Position numbers and translations under genes: made by a program. A stretch of DNA of 64,000 nt from Dimorphilus gyrociliatus (taxonomy: Eukaryota; Animalia; Annelida): the NCBI GenBank assembly GCA_904063045.1, contig CAJFCJ010000005.1:1317988-1381987 (forward strand), written 5' to 3'. Positions within the stretch are counted from its first letter, which is position 1. Each line of letters opens with the position of its first letter. The notes beneath the pieces are model-generated. The model ran no database searches. It had not been told where the DNA came from and saw nothing but the letters and a program-made list of their open reading frames with translations. Shown piece after piece: positions 16,477 through 26,199 of this stretch.

Positions 16477-17335
16477 TTCAAAAAAAAATTTTAAATTGTT
16501 CTTCTTTTTGTCTTATAAAGCCTGCGATATCCTTGGACCTTGCGATAACCTTCTTTTTAACAATAAAATAACTGTTGTCGACAGTGTCTGCAACAAAAGG
16601 GACGGTTTTGTATTACACATTCAATATGGTCGAAAGTTCGCCTAAATAATTTTTATAGAATATCCATGTTTGACCTAAAGAAAAGTATACCTTTGTTCTA
16701 TTAAGGGAAAACGAATTTTTTCAGTACTCTTTTAAGCATTGAAGCTATTATAATAACTAAGCTTTAAAAAATCGAATGTTACTATCAAATATCAGATCTC
16801 AGACAATGTCCAAAGTTGGTTTATACAAGAGATGGCATCATTTTCCTTCTGAAATATAGTGCTGCTATCTGGTTTTTATGAATATATCAGGTAACTTTTT
16901 TAATACTTTTCACTGTTCAGATGAAAGAAAAAATTGTCTAACATTTGTTTTCGGCCTTATAATTTGTTATAATTGTTATAATATATTAATTTTTACTATT
17001 ATATATGACGATATGAAACAATATAAATTTATAATATACCTGCATATGTATATTTACAAATATATATTAGTATATGTTAATGTGTAGATTTATGTCTTTA
17101 CAGATCTTTTTATACTTATATCGACATATTATGAGATTTTACCTACCTCTCAGTAATATATATAAATGTCCTCAGTTATTGTTTAAACGTCTTAAGAAGT
17201 TTGTTACAATTTAATATGTTGTTTTAACTTAAAGGACATTTATACTAGTAGTTTTTCGTGAGTTGTTGTTGAAATAGACAAAAAGTTATGTCGTGGACAA
17301 ATCGTGTATTACGTAATGGGGTTGCGACCCAAGTC

Positions 17336-17345
17336 ACGTGACTGT
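17336..17345. promoter_or_regulatory. Extended E-box / CLEAR-type palindrome GTCACGTGAC in a GC-rich promoter-like island
   Basis: Exact 10-bp palindrome inside a GC-rich patch (~17315-17410) upstream of the PRMT-like gene. Confidence 0.5.
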
Positions 17346-19963
17346 CCGCCAAGGCGGTCGGGTCATGACCGGATTTTGAAGGAGCTAGTTCGAAGTTGAA
17401 CGTCCCAGCTACTTCAAAGATTGTTAATTTTACTTATCAACAGAAAGAGGAATCTGTGTTGCTAGTTTTTTCTTTAAGAAATGGTATAAAAATATGCATT
17501 CGATGCTACTATCTTTTAATGTTATGTGAAATTAGATTAGACAGTATTTTTGTTAACATTAAAAATTACAACATTTCTTTTATCCATATTACTGTTCAAA
17601 AAATAATGTGTAAAATGCAATCATGATTTTCTTTTTTTTATTTTTTTATAAAAATTTTATTTTGTAAACAGTAATTTGTTACATTTTTCAGATTCAGTTT
17701 TTATTGAGTTTGGAGATAAGGGCTTTAACAAAATGAACCAACCATAAAGGCTTGTTCATAATTTTGTATTTAAAAAATATGTAACTATAGAAAAGAATGA
17801 GAATCTGCTACTTGCAATCAAATACACACTCGACCGGTCGTTAGCTAGAATACAAATAAATCGTCTAGGCCAACGTCAAGGTAGTTGTCCGGTAATGATT
17901 TCGTATATTTTCTTTGCATAAAAATAGTGAAAAGTCATTATTATTTTTGATGTCATTTTATGATTGACGTAAAGATGTTAATTTTGATCTTTTTTTGAAT
18001 TACTAAATGTCAACATTTCCGTGGCTGGTAGAGGGCGTCAGAGTTAGAGGACAAGGAGAGTTCACGAGTAGTTCAACTTCCTCGATGTAATTTTTTCTTG
18101 GCATTGCCATTTTCTGTCCTAAAACTCATAGATAGGATAGAAAATGTTCACAAGAGAAATTTTACCTTAAAAAACGGAGATTCATATGTGAACAAGAAAA
18201 CTAGTGAAACGAGGTGCATTATGGGACTGCCGTCAGGGTCAGTCAGCGGTGAACGTTCTCTTCACTGATAAAAACCGAAAAATAACAACATTCGGCAGCA
18301 ACTCTGGGGCAAGGAGGACCTTTAATTTTATCATCTCTCAGCAATGGTTGGTCCAATGAAGAACATCCGGGTATGAGTCACGTGTTTCGGTCATCCAGTG
18401 CTATTTTGATCACGTGGATTTGTAAATCGCTCAAAATAATGTAAACACTCTTCTATGCTCCCTTTAAACGGCTGATAGCTGTCCAGTTCAGCAAAGTGTA
18501 AGGATGGAGAACGGATTAATTCTTTTTAACCTGGTTTTGATGGATTAGGCAAATCCTCTTCTTTGGGTAGGTCATTTTCCTCTTAAAATTTAAAAAGTAT
18601 CAATCATCGATACAAAATTGTCTGCTTATATAGTTTGTTTTGAATGTCATGTTATAATTATTCGTTAGCGTGTTGTGTGTTGAAGAGTGCTAAAACAATC
18701 ACACGAAGTATGACATTGGTAGTATATATTAAGAACTCTGTGGAATAATAGTTTTACAATTATCTAAATCAGAAAGTGAACCCTGTGCTTTGTAACGTAT
18801 CTCGAAATTACACGAACTATATGTACTAATCCCCTACCCAATTTGAGTTTCAAATATATAGTTTACAAACTATTATTCCTTTATGATTTCATAAATTCAT
18901 TTTATTTTATGAGACAAAACATGGTAAGCAGATTGTCGTCACGCCCAAACCTGTGTACTTTTCTATTTTATACGCCCTAGTTTTCAAATGATACCAACAC
19001 ATTTTTGGTGATCTTATTGTTAAGAAATAACAAATACTTAAAAATACAAATGTATTAACTTCCTAATTTTAAAGCTTGTACTGTACATATAATATAGTAT
19101 TCCACTAACAAAAGCAGCCCAAAATACAATTTCAATTTTATGCATTGCAAATATAAATAAATCTATAGTAATTAATACGAGCAGAAATTTTTCCATGTTT
19201 GATATTTCTATTCATATAATAAACGTAAACTGACCGACTCCTTTTTTCAAATGAAATGCTTATATTTTTTAATACTAAAAGACTAAATACAAATTTTAGC
19301 AACATTTCATTTTTGGAGTAAACAACTTACGTTTGAATATTTTTTACAATCTAATATCAATTGATCGTTGATTATGCATGAAAGTTCCAGAGGAAGAAAG
19401 TCGATATTTAAACAGTTGCTTGGTAATTTAAACGTCTATTGATTTATATGTGGAGTATAAATCAACTAATTCAGCGTCCATTTTGGTTCGACAAACCGAT
19501 ATTTGCAAAGATTTGTATTTGCACTGGCATATCAACATTTAAATTACCAAAATCACATGGAAAAATTACCATGAACCTTCTAATACGTCAATTATTTCAG
19601 AAATCGCCTCAATAGTGGACATGATAAGTCAGCCAAAATTATGCAATAGTAATTTAATATTTTGCATATATATATATATGGATGATTGTATCAAAGAATA
19701 TATATATATATACTAAATGTTTGAGTAATTTTGATCGGAGCTGTTATTTATTACCTGATGACCCATTTATCGGATGTGTTTTTCCCAGCAATTAGTTTAA
19801 ACATATTGCTCCATCTGGTGGTTCATATCTGAAATATATGTTGGCCTTTTCTAACAGGTTGAATTTTAACTAAAACCTGATATTATAGTTATAACAGTTT
19901 CTAATAGTACTGCATTTTCATATATATGTCAGAGAAAGGCATTCGAGGGTCTTTTCAAATTCC

Positions 19964-20066
19964 TGCGCATGCGTCTTGGAGATTTCAATACCAATCTTTA
20001 TAAAAAAAGTGTGGCAAGTTCAACGCGGCGCCTGCGCACTAAAGTAGAAAACTAAAGCGCATGCGC
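19964..20066. promoter_or_regulatory. Cluster of three NRF1-type GCGCATGCGC motifs; probable promoter of the miRNA cluster
   Basis: TGCGCATGCG 19964-19973, GCGCCTGCGCA 20028-20038 and GCGCATGCGC 20057-20066 in otherwise AT-rich DNA. Confidence 0.6.
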
Positions 20067-20095
20067 GATAACTCTTAGCGGCGCAGTTTACGTTC

Positions 20096-20185
20096 TGGCT
20101 AAGCGGAGAGTGGGTTGTCGGCCTGGTCGTGAAGAAAATTCATTGTACACATGACTAGACCTACACTCATTCCTCGTTTTTGCTC
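20096..20185 (+). ncRNA. mir-279: mir-279 family microRNA hairpin; predicted mature 3p UGACUAGACCUACACUCAUUCC (20152-20173)
   Basis: The 3' arm closely matches remembered miR-279 (UGACUAGAUCCACACUCAU...) including the GACUAGA seed. The 5' arm GAGUG...GGCCUGGUCGUG pairs with it, there is a basal stem, and a CNNC (cgtc, 20190-20193) lies downstream. Confidence 0.85.
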
Positions 20186-20815
20186 TTGTCGTCTTGTAAA
20201 AAACCTAAAATCTATGGAAAAATTTCTGCTAAAGTTAAAAGTTCTTATATAAAGTTGCTTTAAACTTTTTCATTCTGAAGAAAAAAACCAAATATAGCAA
20301 GATATAAAGACTTGATGTGTGTCTATAAAAAGTTTCTTAAAATATTAAATCTACAAAAAAAACGCTCTTACCTGATCAAAAATCTCGTTTGCATTTGAAT
20401 AGAATTGTTTAAGACGTTCACCAGGTGTCTTTGAATGAACAAGCAGTATTGTACCTTTACAATATATCAGCCTACTTCATAATACAAATTCCCTTCTACA
20501 AAATAAATCGATTTATTTAAAACTAGGTAGAGGCACTGCACAATATGATCACACTGTCCCATTTTTAAGCAACAATTTTCTTCAAATTTATTGTACTCTG
20601 AGCTTCACACTAATGTTTTCTTACTGTAATTTTTCTCGAAATGTTTCTGTATGTTTAATATATTTGATTACTGTCTTAAAATAGCCAAACAGTTAGAGAT
20701 ACATAAGCGATATTTACTCTTTGTTTTTGGGTAGATATTTAATGGGTACTTCTTAAGATAAGGTTAGATAGAAAAAAATTGATTTATTCAGATGTGAAAA
20801 TATTAATATCATATA

Positions 20816-20899
20816 CCGCTAGGTGGCAGGAGGGTGTATGTTCGGTGACGGAAGTATTTGAACGCTTCACCGGGTGTACATTCATCCTGTCACCTGTGG
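20816..20899 (+). ncRNA. mir-36: mir-36 family microRNA hairpin; predicted mature 3p UCACCGGGUGUACAUUCAUCCU (20867-20888)
   Basis: Seed CACCGGG and body match the remembered MIR-36 (nematode miR-35-42) family. Near-continuous stem from AGGUGGCAGGAGGGUGUAUGUUCGGUGA (20821-20848) to UCACCGGGUGUACAUUCAUCCUGUCACCU (20867-20895). Confidence 0.92.
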
Positions 20900-22138
20900 A
20901 GCCATCTACGAGACTAAGAGGCATTCTTTTGTTGATAGCTTATGAGGAAAATTAGTATTGCAAAATATCAACAAACCACCACAAATATATGTTTTACTTC
21001 AATACTTTTAATATAACGCATAATGTTATACATTTTTTCAGATGGATGAATAAAAGCCGGTATAATCTCACCTTGTAAAAAGTTAACAACTTATTTCAAA
21101 GTCGGTGCTGCTTAATTGGGTTTAGTTGCCATGTTATAATGAAATTGGTAGAAGATATGCACTCTTCTATCTCGAATTCGGTCTGCCATAGATTGTACAG
21201 TTGCATCATTTTATTTAGATATCATCTCCGTATTTTCAACAAAATAAACTCCGAATTATATTTTATAAAGTGATTATTGTAATGTAAATGGTTCTGTAAA
21301 TTTTGGACTATTTCTTACTGCGTCTGTTTGAATTGCTACAATATATGTTAATGATTTTTCTGAACTAAGATATGTATTACAAGTGCAGTTTATTTTATTA
21401 GATACCTAAGTTTCTACAACGGCCGATAAAACTTTTTCGTTATTTCATTATATTTTCTACATGTTTCCATACTATTTATCGTGCAGCTCCTATGTGAAGA
21501 AATGACAATTTAGAATGAATTTTTCCGCTAATTGAAGATTTATTATGTGCTTTTACAAGAAAAATTGTAGAAATGTAACTTTTTCGAATATACAGTACAA
21601 ATTTAATACATGGAATTTGCTCACTGGGTAACACCTGCTTATCGATCCGCCATTGTATAAGCCTAAATCTTTTATCTAGGGGCTTATACAGTGTTTATAA
21701 AACCAGAAGACTAAAATTCTGCTAACTTTAGTATACAGTATAACAAATATTTAAATAGTTGTAATTAGAATCTAAATAAGGTCAATTTAATACTTCATGG
21801 ACCTTTGTCAATAATGTACAAGAACGTTATGATAATCAGAAAAACAGCTAGGATACAAGTTCTCAAATTACGTTGTTATTTATTCATAAATTTGCGATAA
21901 AACATTGATAGAATCGATGTATGACTTAATTAACAAGGGTTAATGCTTAATATATTCAACATATATTAATATGATGGATTCTATCCAGTAAGCTGTAGCG
22001 TATGTTGTTTACATAAATATTGACACATGTCAAGTTTTACCACGAAGCTGAAGTTATTATCATCGTTTAAAGAAATAAAGCATTCAATCATTAAACGGAT
22101 AGCCTAATTTAATTGATAATATATTGAAGATATAAAAT

Positions 22139-22900
22139 ATGAACGTGAAAAGAATTAACCTTATAAAAAATCGAGAATGCGCTTTGTCTCATGGTTTTTT
22201 TGCTTCAGTTTCTGTCGTGGCAGTATTAAAATTTGATACTAAACTCGGAGAAAACAGTTATTTCTGAAAATATGAAACAATATTTCAGTATTTTTGTCAC
22301 AATAGCATCGATATTATTTCTTATTAGCGGTTCAGAAACATCTTTGCATAGCTTACGATATTTAACAATCATTGTAAGTATTTTTTCTTGTATTATTGTA
22401 TTGAATAAAGATGGATGTTTAAGTTTAAAATATTTTTTTTAGTATATTGTATTCTTATTTGAAATGCTTTTGCTGGAATATGAAAGCTGTTCAAAAGAAG
22501 ATATGGGATTATTTACAGTTATCATATTACTTATTGTACAATTAGTAGAATTGATAGTTAAAATATATATTGGATATTGTATGATGCTTCAATTCATCTT
22601 AAGACAGCAACATCTAGTTCTTAGAGATATGGTAATTTTTTACTCTGCATCTATATTCTAAAAATATTGTTTTATAGCCTGAACAAGTTTTTCAGGCTTT
22701 AATAAATAATGTTTCTTTTTTCCATAGTAAGCTTGTGTTTAACTTTAATTTCTCTCACATTATAGATATCTCAGTATATTATTCCTGGATTTGTTTGGAT
22801 AATAATGATGAAAATTAAAATTTCATTCCTCATTCATTTTGTGATGTCAAGGTTGCCTCTGAACTCAAAAGCTCTTGAAATAAACGAAATCTCAACGTAA
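22139..22900 (+). CDS. Uncharacterised small multi-pass membrane protein (orphan), 4-5 exons; ends uncertain
   Basis: In-phase canonical introns 22374-22442 and 22632-22677 join hydrophobic exons YFSIFVTIASILFLISG...LRYLTII|YIVFLFEMLLL...GLFTVIILLIVQLVELIVKIYIGYCMMLQFIL...DM|PEQVFQAL. The 5' join and last-exon phase are unresolved. Confidence 0.5.
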
Positions 22901-23226
22901 AAGAGTACAAGAATATTTGAAAAAATATTTATATAGACGAATGGCTAATTATAGAGACTAATGTAATTTTTGTACAAACAAGAAAAATATTTTTCATGAA
23001 GAAAGTTTATATTTCTATCATCACAAAAACTGTTTAGGACTGAGCTTTGAAATATTCAATTTAGGATATATTTAATACAGCAGGTATACATACCTAGTGT
23101 ATGAATAAATTTTTCCTTCTGGAACTTATTTTTTTTGCTTCCTTTATAAAAACGACCAACAAATTTTAATAGTTATGCTCCATATTACATTCTGTATTCT
23201 CTTACTCTGTTTAATATGGATTAACA

Positions 23227-23241
23227 CAACAGATGGCGCTA
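23227..23241 (+). promoter_or_regulatory. CTCF-like motif (CAACAGATGGCGCTA)
   Basis: Matches the CTCF core YAGRTGGCGC; a GC-rich word in AT-rich intergenic DNA. Confidence 0.5.
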
Positions 23242-25026
23242 TAATAACTAATTTGTAAAAAACTACTGAAAAATAAGTCTATAAAAGCTTATTATCTCGC
23301 AATAATTAACGGATTATTATTATTATTATTTAAAGCTCAAAAAAATACACACAGAGTATAGTATCTAATGGATTTGTAAAACTAATCAAAATATATTATT
23401 TTTTATGCGAAATAAACAACTATTAGTGTTGCCAATCCCTTGACGCTATTGCATAAACACTCAATAAAACAATAGCAAATAAAGAGGATAGTCTATTCTT
23501 TCTAAAGTTTGCAAGAACAGATCATGCTACACCTACGTATACTACAATTTTTCAACGCAATAGTACTGCCGGAAGCTAGATATTGAACTGCCCTCCATCG
23601 ATTACGTTGTCAAATAGCAACTATATTTTCAAAACGGCTAAACTGGAGGTAAATCGAGTTTTTTTTAACAAATAAAACGTATTCATAAATATTCATTTCA
23701 GCTGTACAACTTGTGACCCTAAGATATATTCCCTACGGTCACTGCCGATTCGTCTAAGTTAGCCTATCAGGATAACTATTGGACTAAAGCCTATTGCCGA
23801 TTTCTGTTTAAACTAAACTCCTATAAAGGATAAGTGAAAGGTGTTTCTAGATAAGAAAACTTCCCACTAATAAACAGAACCAATGAAGGTGTCTGAAGAA
23901 GGTGAAGAGGACATAAAACAACCAAATACATGCAGTTATATATTTAAAGAATCAGGTTGGTTGAATTTTCTATTTTTTATATATTGTCTATGGTAGATAC
24001 AAATTTTGAGACAAAACTTTAGCTGATTTACCATTTGTAGCAAACAGGCCTAAAACAGCGTCGTAAAAATTATACTTTATTATAAAATTTATGGCCAATT
24101 GATTTTCGATAGAGCATAGGCTTATAAAATTCAATTAAAAATCGGTGCTTGAGATTCGTTGAGGTCTCCATTTAGACACTTGAGAATAAGACACTGGCCA
24201 TCATAGCTGAATCTAAAAAAATCAATTTCATAAACACCGTCAAATTTTATGTGGATACTATTAATAATACTATTCAAATAATCCTTTTTTTTTATCTCAG
24301 TGAAGGGAATAGAAAACAAAGATTTTATCTAACACAGATTAGTAATCAAATTGGTATTGATTGTTGTCTCAAAACTGATAATTATCATGATATTCTTTTC
24401 GCTTCCTATCAACTGACACTGACGACATAAACAAAATTATATAACTTTAATGGTAAATTTTGATGGGGGCTACCGGTTAATTTGTGCGATTCAAATTCAC
24501 ATATTGCATTTTCACTCTACGTTATTCATAAAAAATAATTTTGTATCATATTTATAAAACTCCAAGGTTGACTTTGTCGATTGTAAATACCTATAGACAG
24601 TACATATGAAAAAAAATGAATTCATCTTATCCTAATAATTCATGATGAACAGATTTTCTAAAACAGACTTAAGCACTAAACTCAAGAGACTCATAAGGTA
24701 TCTATATTTGGTCTCAAATAATAGCTTTTGCTAATAGTAATAAGCGAGTGTAACGTAATTTTTACTTTGATCGAATATTAATTTTTAGTTATAAAACAAG
24801 TTTTTTGTTCACGTTCGTAAGATAAGAAAACGTAAGCTCTTAATTCACTTCTATATGACTCATTTACCATTTGTTTAAGTAACCGTGAGGGTATAAATAT
24901 TTTTTAAGTCGTTATCAGAGCTAGTTGTCGTTTTTTTTTTAAATTTAGAATATGTTATAGTATTTACTGGTAAATTTTAGAATTTCAATGTGTCAACGTT
25001 CATGATAGAGGAACGTCGATGACAAG

Positions 25027-25062
25027 TTCCCACGCAATTTTTGGCCTCTTCATTTTCCCACG
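25027..25062 (-). promoter_or_regulatory. Two tandem Su(H)/CSL (RBPJ) sites, CGTGGGAA
   Basis: TTCCCACG at 25027-25034 and 25055-25062, about 300 bp upstream of the 25357 ORF. Confidence 0.55.
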
Positions 25063-25356
25063 TTAAATGTAAAATTTTAAGGGAGGAGATTGCAAAAGCC
25101 TAACGTTTGATGGCTTTTGCAAGACTAAAAATTAAACCATTTACTTTATGATGTTCAATCAAAATTGAGCATTCTAAAAAATTAAGCATTTATTGTTTGA
25201 TACCAACCTACTAATTACTCACTAAGTAATAGCCCAATTAGCGACACTACCAAACTCCCAATATACCCCGCGAGTTTTCTTATCTTTAAAAGTCTGCCCA
25301 CTTACGTTACAAGATATCACAACTCAATTGGGTCTCAGTGATTTAACCTCAGTATA

Positions 25357-25818
25357 ATGAAAGTCGAATTGTTCTCTGAAGAAGAGTTATCGAATGGCCC
25401 TCCTATTGAAATATTTGAAAATGAGCGTAATAAGAAGGCAGCCTCACCGAATTCTCAAATAAATTTTACAAACATATTAAGAAGTGAAAGAAGGAATCCA
25501 AGACGATTTGAATATCGAAAGGAAAATAAGGAAAGATCTCAAAATGTTTATGGAAAGAAGGATAAAAATTCTCGGAAAAAAAGAAGACTACCTCCATATA
25601 AAGAAGTTATCAGTTCAATATTACGGGATTATGGTACTATGCATCTCAAAGGGGTTGTCTCTATATTTCTTGAAAGGCAACCAGGTTTTAAAGAAAATTT
25701 AACTGAAGATTCGATATCTAGAAACATACGACGCTACTTATGTGCATGTCATGAATTTAAAAAATGCGGTTTTGCAAATGGAAAGAAAAATATGACTTTA
25801 TGGGGATTAAATATCTGA
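25357..25818 (+). CDS. Intronless protein with a highly divergent C-terminal forkhead/winged-helix-like domain
   Basis: 153-aa ORF. RRLPPYKEVISSIL...PGFKEN...SISRNIRRYL...EFKK...K...LWGLN aligns by eye to the forkhead pattern KPPYSY..LI..AI...FPYY.EN...WQNSIRHNLS....F.K.......G..W.L, preceded by a basic NLS-like patch. Confidence 0.6.
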   Translation: MKVELFSEEELSNGPPIEIFENERNKKAASPNSQINFTNILRSERRNPRRFEYRKENKERSQNVYGKKDKNSRKKRRLPPYKEVISSILRDYGTMHLKGVVSIFLERQPGFKENLTEDSISRNIRRYLCACHEFKKCGFANGKKNMTLWGLNI

Positions 25819-26199
25819 AATGTAAAAAGCTATTAAATTAGATTGACTTCTTTAGCAATGATAGTTAGCTCTAGATTCATGTTAAGTTTGTTTCTTTGGA
25901 TTTATTTAAATTTTTACAAATATACGGTTTAGATAGCTACATTTTAAAGAGTATTTAGGAATTCCGGAAGCTAGAAGCTAGTCGATTAAAACATTGATTC
26001 TGTTTCATCTCACATTAAGGACTTAATTAGTAGCAGCTGTTTGGGTTTTGAAAGTCTTCTATTTAAAATTTAATTTATTATATTTTAATTAATCATTGAT
26101 TGCTATATCCATCAATTAAAAAGGAAATCGATAGTAGTATAAAAGACAAGTCGATCAGAATGAAACTATTCATTTTCGTATCTTTTTTGGTTAAAAGCC

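Noticed and set aside
16477-16600. N-terminal extension of the PRMT-like gene across a T9 homopolymer
   Set aside because: A one-base correction would add ...FIRQKEEQFKIFFE, but I found no in-phase upstream exon or ATG; left as probable 5'UTR.
17346-17400. tRNA/Pol III-like element (box A-like CCGCCAAGGCGG, box B-like GTTCGAAG)
   Set aside because: The bases flanking TTCGAAG (GCTAG/TTGAA) cannot form a T-stem, and no acceptor stem or cloverleaf can be built.
17830-17882. Hairpin CGTTAGCTAGA...TCTAGGCCAACG
   Set aside because: Only about 9 interrupted base pairs; too weak for a pre-miRNA.
20410-20432. Second mir-36-like word (TTCACCAGGTGT)
   Set aside because: Seed mismatch and no complementary 5' arm.
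19755-20925. Minus-strand spliced ORF antisense to the miRNA cluster (MPLSLVDGSTGD...)
   Set aside because: It can be chained with GT-AG sites but resembles nothing known, and the GC-rich parts are already explained by the hairpins; likely chance.
25027-25062. Su(H) paired site (SPS)
   Set aside because: SPS needs inverted sites 15-17 bp apart; these are direct repeats with a 20-bp spacer, so they are reported only as tandem CSL sites.
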